This document shows positions 25,882 through 37,610 of a DNA stretch of 64,000 nt, one piece after another. A model generated the notes under the pieces. That model was not told where the DNA came from and searched no databases. It worked only from the letters and a program-made list of their open reading frames with translations. Numbering within the stretch: position 1 is the first letter of the stretch; each line of letters starts with the position of its first letter. Source of the DNA: Octopus bimaculoides. Its lineage: Eukaryota. A program made the translations under genes and the position numbers. The DNA lies in the NCBI RefSeq assembly GCF_001194135.2, contig NC_068991.1:65221240-65285239 (forward strand). The letters run 5' to 3'.

Positions 25882-28171
25882 TACCTTGCTTTTTCTCGAG
25901 ATATACACACACACACACACAATTCTGTTTCCATCTATCAAATCCACTCACAACGCTTTGGTTTGCTCAGGGATTATCCAAGGTGCCATGAAGTGTGACT
26001 GAACCTAAAACCATACGGTTGGGAAGTGAATTCAACTAAAAACAAAATAGCATCTCTTTTTAACTTGGTATAAGCTTCACCCTCCACACACACACACACA
26101 AAGAGTAATAGCAGTTAACATGAAAATCAATGAACAGTGTAACAGAATTAGAACTTAGAATAACACTAACGATCAAAATACAACAATCTAGTTTAATTTT
26201 TTAAACTTTTATAGTAACTTCTTTCATTCAGACAACCAGGTACCAGCCACCGCTCATAAAAATATGTACTTCTCAGAGACACTAGTATAGTTTTACATAA
26301 CCAAGAATAAAAATAATTAAAAAGAAGTAAACTAGCCATGTGTTAGTGTAGCAAACTGTTGCCATGAAAATCAGATCAATTCTGTGGCACCACTAAATAG
26401 TATTTACCTTATAACCTTTTCTTGTGTAACTATCAATAACCTTTGTTATTCTGCACTCATTAAACTATTATCTTTCGCTACTCCTGCAGTCTATCATCTC
26501 TCACAAGTATGTCTAATCTCCCTCTTCCAATACAATATACAAACTATTAAACACCTATAGATAAGGGAGCTGATGTAGAAGCTTCTGCGCAGATGTTGGA
26601 ACTTAGAAATAACAGCCAGATCTCCCTCAAATTCCACCATACTGTGGCACACTATGATACCTAAATACACCATAATTGTAAAAAGTTACAACCATAGCTT
26701 GAATATTCTTGATCATAGGTCTCCTAGCGCAGAATGGACCTGAGCTAAATAACAATACTACCACACCTATGATTATATTCTTCTCTTCCTTTGAGCCAAA
26801 AGGTCAGAAGTTCAAAGTATGCCTATGACATTGAATTATCTCTAAATAAGATAAATATAATAATCCCTATTATCTCAAACTGGCTGACAACAGCAAGAAA
26901 AAAACAAAAACAAAATAAGTCAAGCACTATTTTCCATTTTATAATGAAAATCTCAATGACAACTGCTACCTGTAAAATTCTGGCCACAACTACTCATTCA
27001 TACAAATGTTTAAATTTACAAAACCATCCTACCCACAATAGTTATGATCATCATCATCGAATTAACCTCCACTTTTCTATGCTTGTATGGGTCGGAGAGA
27101 ATTTGTTGAGGTGGATTTCTTATGAATGAATGTCCTTCCTGTCGCCAACTCTCACTGGTATCCAAGCAAGGTAATATTTCTCCATGGCACCCTAAGCAAG
27201 GGTCTTCTATTATAAGCCCTGGTTAACCAATGGTTTGTGAGTATATTTAGTAGAGAGAAACTGTGTGGAAGCCTGTTGTGTGTGTGTGTGTGTGTGTTCC
27301 CCTATCTCCACCATCCAGACTTACAAAATAAGTACTAGGTTACGTTTGTTCAACTAAAACCTTTCAAGGCACACTCCAACGACTGAAGCAAGTAAAAAGA
27401 TAAGATAAAAAGCAAGCTAATGCCGCAAATAGTATACAGGTTCACTGGCCCTCTTGCCCTCAGGACATCATTATTGATTTTCCTACTAAATATATAAATA
27501 TCACCATAACCTACTAGAAAAACTTCTGGGCCATATGGCTCATCTTGTGCATCAGTGATCTTGAAACTACGTTCAGCATGGAAGACATGTGCCCAATATA
27601 AAAAAGAGAGAAAGTAGTTTAACTTCCCATGCTGATATGGTATGGATGGGTAATTACAAACACGTACATGGTATGGGATACATTATCACATGCTTTGTCT
27701 TAATACATAAATCATATAATGATGAAAATAGATAAAACAACGATATAAGTGTGGCAGGTTAAATTCTGAATATTAAGTAATTGTTATAAAATATAATCCT
27801 GGTAGGAATAACAGCCAAATCTTCCTTGAATTAACACCCTACTGTCTTTAAAAAACGAACACATTGGATATTGTGATCATACATAAATAAATAAGATGAG
27901 GTGGTTGCAACTGGACTGCTTTTGATTATGTGTGTGTGTATGTGTGTGTGTGTGTGTGTGTGTTCTCAGTCAGGGCTGGCCTGAAACTAATCAACAGCAG
28001 ATGGAAGTTTCCAGCGATGCTCACCTTCAAAAGCCTTATGCTTAGTATAGTTACTATTAATACAGAACATTATTTTTCAGCATCCTAAAAACTTCTCAAA
28101 GATTTGGCTTTTTTTCTGTAAATTCATGTTATACTTTCAGATATCTATTATCAGCCTATTTTACATCCATC

Positions 28172-28575
28172 ATGGATGAGATAGGTTTTCTCTAGCACAG
28201 CATCTTACCATTTATTGCAGTCCTTTGTCATCATGTTTGTGAGGTTCAGCTTCTTGATATCAGCATGTACCCCTTATTTCCACATCTCACTCACTCTTCC
28301 CCTTCTATAGACCCTTCCATTTGGATTGTTTGGTAATTCTTTACCTACCTGTCCTTTTCCATTTCCACCACCACATGTCTGTACCAGCACACATCTTTGA
28401 TTCCTTGTACACCCAGTTTTTCTCAGTTCATTTATACACCATCATTCATGCACAATAACATTTAGACATCCAGTGAAGCATGGTCACTTCGGTTATTTGC
28501 AGCCTCCACACACCTCTCACATTCAATGCCCATGTTTCGCTATCATGCAACATTGCACTTATATGCAAGTGTCAT
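28172..28575 (-). mobile_element. Degraded RTE-clade LINE ORF2 C-terminus
   Basis: Interrupted frames give SETWALNVRGVWRLQITEVTMLHWM, NELRK.LGVQGI and WYRHV, typical of RTE. Confidence 0.7.
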
Positions 28576-28924
28576 TTCTGCCTATCACACAGAGCTATTT
28601 AGAAACTTCAAAACCATAACATAACAAGCTAATCAACAGGCAGTTTATCGATGATTGAAATTTCCCAAATAATTCTTTGTTTATTCCCTGCTATTGTCTA
28701 ATACACAGCTTCAGTTCATAACTACTATTTAGGGGACTGAATTCAATATTTGCTTTGTATACAAAGAATTCTAGATTTCCTGTTAGCTTATGTAACCATC
28801 AGATGAAATTTTCTGTATAGAAGTCGTGGGGAGGGGCAAAGAGAGTGAATGAGTGGATGTTTGATTTTATGTCAGCTAGCAAGCCAAAACTTCGAAGTCC
28901 CAGTCAATCCGCAATCTAGTGGAA

Positions 28925-28983
<59 letters not shown>

Positions 28984-29098
28984 GTATTGTATAGATTCGA
29001 CATATATTGTGATAAAATAAAAACAAACTATAGATTGATGTCCTTTATGATATACAGAAAAGTGTGTGCGAAATATATATGTGTAGATATATATATAC

Positions 29099-29138
<40 letters not shown>

Positions 29139-29194
29139 ATACATACACACACAAACATATTTTGAGTTCTATTTTTTCCCCCGTTTGCATCACC

Positions 29195-29241
<47 letters not shown>

Positions 29242-29748
29242 TTCACACACGCATACATTTACATAATAGACACATCACACACCATTTCCTGATAAATAAT
29301 GGATGTGGGGTAGACATAGCAACAGCTTCACAGCAAAGTTCATACATGCATTCTAACAAATCCAGTTTTGCAGGGTAAACAACAACCATTTGCCCAAACA
29401 ATAACCATAATAGGTGAACTTGAATGGATTTCTATCAAAAGTTCCCAGTTACAAAGCTTCCTTGTTGGCAGCAGCAAGATAGAAATTATGTAATTCTATT
29501 AGCTGTAGTTTCAAAAGAGTTTATTATTCAATCCCATGTCAGCCTTAATCGAATACACCAAGGACTGAAAGGTGTGGCAGTATTAACGATTTTGTTGTAC
29601 CAGAAAATATCTCTGTAACTTGCTTTACAAAGGCAGTAGGGTATGATCTGAAGAAAATTTGGTTACTTTTTCTGGTAAGTCAAGTAACAAAGAAAAGAAT
29701 ATCCTGTTGGGTTTGTGGTGTATTTTTAGTGTAGATCCTGATAGGACC

Positions 29749-30131
29749 GTGGAGGCACAATGGCCCAGTGGTTAGGGCAGCGGACTCGCGGTCATAGGAT
29801 CACGGTTTCGATTCCCAGACCAGGCGTTGTGAGTGTTTATTGAGCGAAAACACCTAAAGCTCCACGAGGCTCTGGCAGGGGATGGTGGCGAAGCCTGCTG
29901 TAGTCTTTCACCACAACTTTCTCTCACTCTTACTTCCTGTTTCTGTTGTACTTGTAATTCAAAGGGTCAGCCTTGTCACACTGTGTCACGTTGAATATCC
30001 CCAAGAACTACGTTAAGGGTACACGTGTCTGTGGAGTGCTCAGCCACTTGCATGTTAATTTCATGAGCAGGCTGTTCCGTTGATCGGATCAACTGGAACC
30101 CTCGACGTCGTAAGCGACGGAGTGCCAACAA
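29749..30131 (+). mobile_element. tRNA-derived SINE family B with 12-bp TSD
   Basis: Head GTGGAGGCACAATGGCCCAGTGGTTAGGG...GGTTTCGATTCCC, tail ...GACGGAGTGCCAACAA; TSD CCTGATAGGACC at 29737-29748 / 30132-30143. Confidence 0.92.
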
Positions 30132-31372
30132 CCTGATAGGACCAATAATCAAAGTCATATCAGCCATAACTATCCTGCCCTTTTTTGGGATACACTGCAT
30201 CTAGAATTCCATCACCCAATGTGACCCTTCCTTTAAATAGAAGACTGCAATTTGAGGGAGATTAGACTGTTATTTCTATCAGGCTGAGTGATGATGTGGA
30301 ATCTCCTTTGTTAGGTCATTACAACAGAAGTTATATGTCCAAGTAGTACAGCCTTTGTTCTGGACAGTTAAAGGTATCAACCAATATATGCAGAGGATGT
30401 CAGGGCTAATATGGACATGTATAGATAGGATACACAGAGAATAACTTCAAGATCAGATCTTAGGATGCTGGGCCTTTTCAAAGCTCAGTATCCAGAGATC
30501 TAGGCCTTTCTGTGTTGGTATATGTAGTATAGCAGAACTAGACAACACATGACAATATGGAGAAAGAAGTTGATGAAGATATAGTATTGGTATATTATTA
30601 TATCAAACAGTTGGGAAAATACCATCATTCCTGGATGCATGGAAAATGGAAAAAAAAAAAGATATGGAAAGAGAGAAAGAGAAATACAAGATAAGAGGAC
30701 AGGAGAGAAAAAAGAAAGAGAGGACAGAGATAAGAGAGTGGGAAGAAAGAATACTGAAAAAGAGCTAAAAAGAAAGAGAGTTTGCAAGTGAGAAAAGTGC
30801 AGTGATTCTCTTGTGGAATGAGTTCAAACCTACTATTACTATTAATACCTGAACAATAACTTGTCTCGTATAACAAGAAAAACTTCACTTTTCCCTGAGA
30901 AAATCCCAGCTGTAATGATCTGAATGAAAATGTTCTCACTCAGAATTGAACGAACGGTCATTATACATGTTTGAAATAAACAAGTTTCCAAGGACAGAAC
31001 ACCACCTCTTCAACCTAGCTAAAACTGTAACGAGAAGATTGAAACTGCCTATTGCCTGTTCAGAATCAAAAACCTGCCAGAAACCCTACAGTTACTAACA
31101 CTGTACTGAACAAATACAAACTGCCCCCTCTTCTCAGATGTCTCAAACAGTGCCCCCACCACCATCACCACCAACAAGCACCACTTTATCTTATGTTGGG
31201 AATTATGTATTTGTATTTAGCACTAAAAATATTGGACGGCAGGTAACACAGGCTGTGATTCACCTGTCAAGTTGACTCATCTGTTTTTACTCAGACAGCT
31301 GCACCCTTTTCACTGACCTCCTTAACTCCATTTTCCTACCAGATAGTGACACTTTTATTACTTTTGCAGAAA

Positions 31373-31823
31373 GCCCTTCACTCAAGAGGCAGGGCCCTTC
31401 ACTCAAGAGGCAGGGCCCTTCACTCAAGAGGCAGGGCCCTTCACTCAAGAGGCAGGGCCCTTCACTCAAGAGGCAGGGCCCTTCACTCAAGAGGCAGGGC
31501 CCTTCACTCAAGAGGCAGGGCCCTTCACTCAAGAGGCAGGGCCCTTCACTCAAGAGGCAAGGGCCTTCGTCCAAGAGGAAGGGGCCTTCGTCCAAGAGGA
31601 AGGGGCCTTCGTCCAAGAGGAAGGACCCTTCGTCCAAGAGGAAGGACCCTTCGTCCAAGAGGAAGGACCCTTCGTCCAAGAGGAAGGGCCCTTCGTCCAA
31701 GAGGAAGGGCCCTTCATCCAAGAGGAAGAGCCCTTCATCCAAGAGGAAGGGCCCTTCATCCAAGAGGCAGGACCCTTCATCCAAGAGGCAGGGCCCTTCA
31801 TCCAAGAGGCAGGGCCCTTCATC
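31373..31823. repeat. 21-bp minisatellite, ~21.5 units in three ordered variant blocks
   Basis: 9x AGGGCCCTTCACTCAAGAGGC, 7x (A)GG(G/A)CCTTCGTCCAAGAGGA-type, 5x ..CCCTTCATCCAAGAGG(A/C), plus a partial unit. Confidence 0.95.
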
Positions 31824-31917
31824 GCAATATAGCCAATGGTCTGTACTAAAGGATAAATGGTAAGGTTGGAAGGGTTGAACCCAGAATCATGGAACACTTG
31901 AACCCATTTCTCTAAAG

Positions 31918-32081
31918 CAGTGCTTTGCAACCGGAATTCCACAGCACACTGGTGTGCCACAGTGTAACCTGAATACAATTTTGTTCCCTATACTTTTAGT
32001 TATATTTTTAATTCAGGTGTGCTGCCAAATTTTGAAAAGAATACAAGTGTACCACAAGTGAAAAAAGGTTGTGGAGCATTG
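31918..32081. mobile_element. hAT-Charlie-like MITE (164 bp)
   Basis: TIR CAGTGCTTTGCAACC / GGTTGTGGAGCATTG; TSD CTCTAAAG / CTCTCAAG (7/8, NTCTAGAN-like). Confidence 0.7.
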
Positions 32082-32989
32082 CTCTCAAGCCTCAAGTTCA
32101 GTTTCAGGACCTCATTATCACCTTTACCTATTTAATTATAGAAGTATTATGCCTCACATCTATGCAAAGACAACTTAGCCATTGATGAAGAATATCAGTG
32201 ATTTAAGTAAGCTTGTACATACTAAACAACTGAACCGAGACTGAATATTCAATATTTTAAAAACTTCCACCCAAACCAATCACCAACCATTACTACAGTT
32301 CCACATAAAATAAGCATTAACTTGACTGACCTCACTCATTCAACAAACCTTTTGTCACCAACCCAGTGATCTGATAAGTGCAACATTTCCTTCAACATTA
32401 ATAAAATAAATTATTAAATCTTATCAATGACAAGGAAAATAAAAGAACCATTTCAAAAAATTTTTTATCTTTTTTTTTTGAGATATATTACAAAAGGAAG
32501 GGCAGAGTTCAAGACCAATTCACAGATTTCTGAGACTGGTGGGCAGGAAAAGGAGTAAGAAACCACGACACTAAGGATGCTGCCACAGGAAACAGTATAT
32601 CAGAGTATCAAGTTATCGCCAAATAGAACACAAGATCAAAATAGATCAGAGTGAACTCTGTTAGACCATGAGCTCAAGCACTAAGTTATGGTGATGTTAA
32701 TACAGGTAATCATCATCATTTTACGTCCATTTTCTATGCTGGCATGGGTTGGACAGAATCTGGTGAGCCACAGGGTTACATGAGCTTCAGTGTCAGCTTT
32801 GGCATGGATGCTTCAGTTGGCTGCCCTTCTCAATAGACAACCAATCTGATAATGCAATCTTTATCAAGTATCAAGATAGCAATAACAGAAGTGTAGAATC
32901 TGAAAGTCAAACTTCTCAATGTCTCACTGTATTCTATATCCTAGATCTACATTCATCAAGAAGCATACATCTCATATACATATGTGTAA

Positions 32990-33310
32990 CTGGCATTCCA
33001 TCAGTTGCAACGATGAGGGTTCCAGTTGATCCGATCAATGGAACAGCCTGCTCGTGAAATTAACATGCAAGTGGTTGAGCACTCCACAAACATGCATACC
33101 CTTAAAGTTTTCAGGGAGATTCAGCATGACACAGAATGTGACAAGGCTGGCCCTTTGAAATACAGGTACTACTCATTTTTGCTAGGTGAGTGGACTGGAG
33201 CAACGTGAAATAAAGTGTCTTGCTCAAGGACACAATACATCACCAGGAATTGAACTCAGTACCTGACAATCATAAACCAAATAACCTAACCACTAAGCCA
33301 CACATCTTCA
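32990..33310 (-). mobile_element. SINE with family-B 3' half and a different CORE-like 5' half
   Basis: Shares tgtgtcatgctgaat...ttaatttcacgagcaggctgttcc...gatcggatcaactggaaccctc with family B. Its body gtgtccttgagcaagacactttatttcacgttgctccagtccac matches the heads at 23478-23640(+) and 60291-60470(+). Confidence 0.75.
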
Positions 33311-33640
33311 CAATTCATAACTCATTCTGTTACATTAAAATATCACACCTATAGTGTTTACAGATTTACCTCAACAAACAACTATTTATCAGTTCTTTCA
33401 CATAGAAATATCTATCCTATCCACACTGTAAATTTCATATTCTAGTTCAGTGCCAATGGCACAAGGAGGGAGGACAGTGCTGAGTGCCTTTTTGAAAGCA
33501 TTCAAGGAGTCAAACTGGAAATCTGGCCTAGATGCTTACAATAAAATAGATTCTATTAAAAGGTACCCAAAGGCCAGGCAGTGGTGTTATACCAAGTAAT
33601 GGATTAAGTCAACCACTCAACTGTCTCGGGGTCTTTGTAC

Positions 33641-34043
33641 TAGTGGCTGTGTGGTAAGTAGCTTGCTTACAGACCACATGGTTCCGAGTTCAGTCCCACT
33701 GCGTGGCACCTTGCACAAGTGTCTTCAATTATAACCTCATGCCGACCAAAACCTTGTGAGTATATTTGGTAGACGGAAACTGAAAGAAGTCCACCATATA
33801 TGCATATATATATATATATATATATGCGCGTGCGTGCGTGCGTGCATGTGTCTACGTTTGTGCCCCAACCATCGCTTGACAACCAATGTTGGTGTGTTTA
33901 CGTCTACGTAACTTAGCAGTTCGGCAAATGAGAGCAATAGATACAATAAGTACTAGGCTTACAAAGAATAAGTCCTAGGGTCGATATGTTCGGCTAAAGG
34001 TGGTGCTCCTGCATGGCCACAGTCAAATGACTGAAACGAAGAA
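33641..34043 (+). mobile_element. SINE family A, full length
   Basis: Same head, body and tail as 22943-23368. Confidence 0.9.
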
Positions 34044-34861
34044 TATATGCACACAAGCTTTTCCCAGTTTCCATCTACCAAATGCACTCACAAGGCTGAA
34101 CCCCAAACTGTGTAGTTGGGAAGCAACTTCTTACCACACAGCCACACCTACATTATGTTTAAAATAAATCAGATTCATCCAGCTTCATTAAGAATCATAC
34201 GTGATTTATTAGCAGTTAACCAACCATGTATAATTAAGATGCAGTTCTAATTACAACTATATATATATATATACGTGTGTGTGTGTNNNNNNNNNNNNNN
34301 NNNNNNNNNNNNNNNNNNNNNNNNNNNNNNNNNNNNNNNNNNNNNNNNNNNNNNNNNNNNNNNNNNNNNNNNNNNNNNNNNNNNNNNNNNNNNNNNNNNN
34401 NNNNNNNNNNNNNNNNNNNNNNNNNNNNNNNNNNNNNNNNNNNNNNNNNNNNNNNNNNNNNNNNNNNNNNNNNNNNNNNNNNNNNNNNNNNNNNNNNNNN
34501 NNNNNNNNNNNNNNNNNNNNNNNNNNNNNNNNNNNNNNNNNNNNNNNNNNNNNNNNNNNNNNNNNNNNNNNNNNNNNNNNNNNNNNNNNNNNNNNNNNNN
34601 NNNNNNNNNNNNNNNNNNNNNNNNNNNNNNNNNNNNNNNNNNNNNNNNNNNNNNNNNNNNNNNNNNNNNNNNNNNNNNNNNNNNNNNNNNNNNNNNNNNN
34701 NNNNNNNNNNNNNNNNNNNNNNNNNNNNNNNNNNNNNNNNNNNNNNNNNNNNNNNNNNNNNNNNNNNNNNNNNNNNNNNNNNNNNNNNNNNNNNNNNNNN
34801 NNNNNNNNNNNNNNNNNNNNNNNNNNNNNNNNNNNNNNNNNNNNNNNNNNNNNNNNNNNNN

Positions 34862-34897
<36 letters not shown>

Positions 34898-35519
34898 GTG
34901 TGTGTGTGTATGTTTGTGTCTGTGTTTCTCCCCCCAACATCGCTTGACAACCGATGCTGGTGTGTTTACGTCCCCGTGATCTAGCGGTTCGGCAAAAGAG
35001 ACCGATACAATAAGTACTAGGCTTACAAAGAATAAGTCCTGGGGTCGATTTGCTCGACTAAAGGCGGTGCTCCAGCATGGCCGCAGTCAAATGACTGAAA
35101 AGAGTAAAAGAGTAAAGAGTATATAAAAGCATGAAAGTGCAATACACCTATTCTGGGATCAGTACTTGCTTCATTCCACAAGCTGGCATTCACAATAGCG
35201 CACCAATTCATGCATCAAAACTTCAAATTAAGATTGTTGTTAGTGTTGTACTTGTTTAACCCAAGGTCAAATCTGAATGAGCAGACATGACCAAACGCAT
35301 TCCAGCCACGATAATCACACCCTTTTCTGAGTTTATATATATATATAAAGACTACACTGGCCACTGTAACTTTCAATCTTTAAGACGATAGGGCATGAGC
35401 AAATTTAGCTGCCATTTCTCATAAGTAGAACGACCACATAGATTGCTGCGCTGGTTTACTCTTTTTCTTGTTGGTAATTTTTGTCAAATGTTTCTGCAAG
35501 TCTGATAGCTGTGGACACT

Positions 35520-35684
35520 CACTAGCGTAGCCAGAGTGTGTGCCGCCCGGGTCGGCCCTTCCGTTTACCGCACCCGGACCCCACAAAAAATACACATTGC
35601 CTACAAGAAATAGCCTGCAACATGATGAAAAGTGCCGCCCGGGGCGGACTGCCCTATCACCCCCACCCCCAAGTTATGCTAGTG
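35520..35684. mobile_element. hAT-type MITE (165 bp)
   Basis: TIR CACTAGCGTAGC / GTTATGCTAGTG; TSD TGGACACT / TGGCCACT (7/8); subterminal GTGCCGCCCGGG at both ends. A related left end lies at ~60209. Confidence 0.7.
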
Positions 35685-35746
35685 TGGCCACTATATCGTG
35701 AAGCATGTTCTTGTATGATGCAAGGACGCCTGAGAAATATATAGTG

Positions 35747-35812
35747 TATCACGTGATACAGAGGTCAGACAAAAGGGTTAAAATCACCATGGCAACTGTA
35801 AATTTCATATGT

Positions 35813-35844
<32 letters not shown>

Positions 35845-35895
35845 GAAATTTACAGTTGCCATAGTGATTTTAACCCTTTTGCCTGTCCTCTGTAT

Positions 35896-35904
<9 letters not shown>
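35747..35904. repeat. Hairpin: 63-bp arms (60/63 identical) around a (TA)n loop
   Basis: Arms 35747-35809 and 35842-35904; both termini are the palindrome TATCACGTGATA; runs into (TA)n and an N-gap. Confidence 0.9.
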
Positions 35905-35938
<34 letters not shown>

Positions 35939-37099
35939 NNNNNNNNNNNNNNNNNNNNNNNNNNNNNNNNNNNNNNNNNNNNNNNNNNNNNNNNNNNNNN
36001 NNNNNNNNNNNNNNNNNNNNNNNNNNNNNNNNNNNNNNNNNNNNNNNNNNNNNNNNNNNNNNNNNNNNNNNNNNNNNNNNNNNNNNNNNNNNNNNNNNNN
36101 NNNNNNNNNNNNNNNNNNNNNNNNNNNNNNNNNNNNNNNNNNNNNNNNNNNNNNNNNNNNNNNNNNNNNNNNNNNNNNNNNNNNNNNNNNNNTATATATA
36201 AATAATTGCAGCGTGGAAGGTGTTTATAAGCCATTTAAAATAACACACAAAAGCCGTCAGATTCACTTCAACATTTAAATTTAATTTGTCAAAATATTTT
36301 CGTCGCTTTGAGACCGCGACCTGTTCACTGGCCATGTTTCAACAAGGACGAGATGATCACACGTCTTTGATTGCAGGTCTGGATCAGGGCTGACCTGAGT
36401 TAAGGCAGCATAGCTATTTTTTTTTTTTTATTTAATCATAAGGAGGTAATTTCTAGGGAGAAGATCCGAGGAGGATTCTAGCAGTACAATAGTTTATATA
36501 ATGCGAAGAAAAGAGAACTTGATTTCTTAAATCTTCGATGAAAAGCGCCATGAGAGAAAAAAATCCTCTCTTGAAAAACAATACAAATATTGATTTTTTT
36601 TATTTTTATTTATGTAGTATAAATCAATTTGAAAAATAATCTCAAAGAAAAATGCACCAGTTCCGAAACTGATAGTTTGGTTTCAAATTTAACGTAGGAT
36701 CAGCTCACGTAACAAAGTATAGATAATACAGACACCATAAAAAAAAAACATTGCCTAGCGTGTGTGTGTGTGTGTGTGTGGTGGTGTAGTGGTACTAGAA
36801 AGGGGGAGAGACAAACAACAAATAACAGAGACGAGGTATCACAGATAAGGATAGAGTTAGATGAAATAGAAAGACGCCGATGGATAATGTATTTTTATGT
36901 GTACGAGTGAGTCTGAAAGTAACATCAGCACATGTGACATTTGTAAATGTCCGCTTCAAGCAGACGAGTTAACTGAAGTAGCAGGTTGCTTGCTGAAAGA
37001 GAAAGAGCGAAATCAATAAATAACTTCGCTACTGAAATTTGTATGACAATTGACACAGTGTAAGAATAAGTTCCCAACAAGCCAAACAGTACGCGATTT

Positions 37100-37610
37100 G
37101 GTGGAGATGGAGTATATGTAATCTGGGTATACCCCCACTTTTAAATTTTGTTTTTTTTACGGAATCCTATGTTTCAGACCATGGAGAATCCGATTTTGAA
37201 AAAAAATCTTTTTAAATCTCAATTTCAAAATTTNNNNNNNNNNNNNNNNNNNNNNNNNNNNNNNNNNNNNNNNNNNNNNNNNNNNNNNNNNNNNNNNNNN
37301 NNNNNNNNNNNNNNNNNNNNNNNNNNNNNNNNNNNNNNNNNNNNNNNNNNNNNNNNNNNNNNNNNNNNNNNNNNNNNNNNNNNNNNNNNNNNNNNNNNNN
37401 NNNNNNNNNNNNNNNNNNNNNNNNNNNNNNNNNNNNNNNNNNNNNNNNNNNNNNNNNNNNNNNNNNNNNNNNNNNNNNNNNNNNNNNNNNNNNNNNNNNN
37501 NNNNNNNNNNNNNNNNNNNNNNNNNNNNNNNNNAAAACGTGGGATTCCGTTAAAAAAATTAATAAATAAGGGGGGGGGAAGGTTCAGATTACATATAATC
37601 CATCTCTACC
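37100..37610. mobile_element. Merlin-like MITE, second family (interior is an N-gap)
   Basis: Imperfect long TIRs starting GGT(G/A)GAGATGGA(G/T)TATATGTAATCTG and extending to ..TACGGAATCC..; perfect 8-bp TSD CGCGATTT (37092-37099 / 37611-37618). Confidence 0.75.

Noticed and set aside
30850-31080. Exon-like segment on the minus strand (VEEVVFCPLETCLFQ...)
   Set aside because: All frames between the candidate splice sites contain stops, and no homology was recognised.
31373-31823. CRISPR-like array
   Set aside because: Units are contiguous with no unique spacers, the context is eukaryotic and there are no cas genes.
31365-31840. Minus-strand cassette exon of MAPKBP1 through the minisatellite (acceptor cctttagtacag| at ~31841)
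   Set aside because: The phase-0 frame hits TGA in the ACT-type units and the donor is weak. At best a poison exon, with no support.
17500-32250. C/D-box snoRNA candidates (TGATGA at ~17505 and ~32185)
   Set aside because: No properly spaced CTGA with a terminal stem or recognisable rRNA antisense element.
36205-36335. Fragment resembling a common Octopus repeat end (Penelope-like?)
   Set aside because: Recollection only; too short, and truncated by a gap, to classify.
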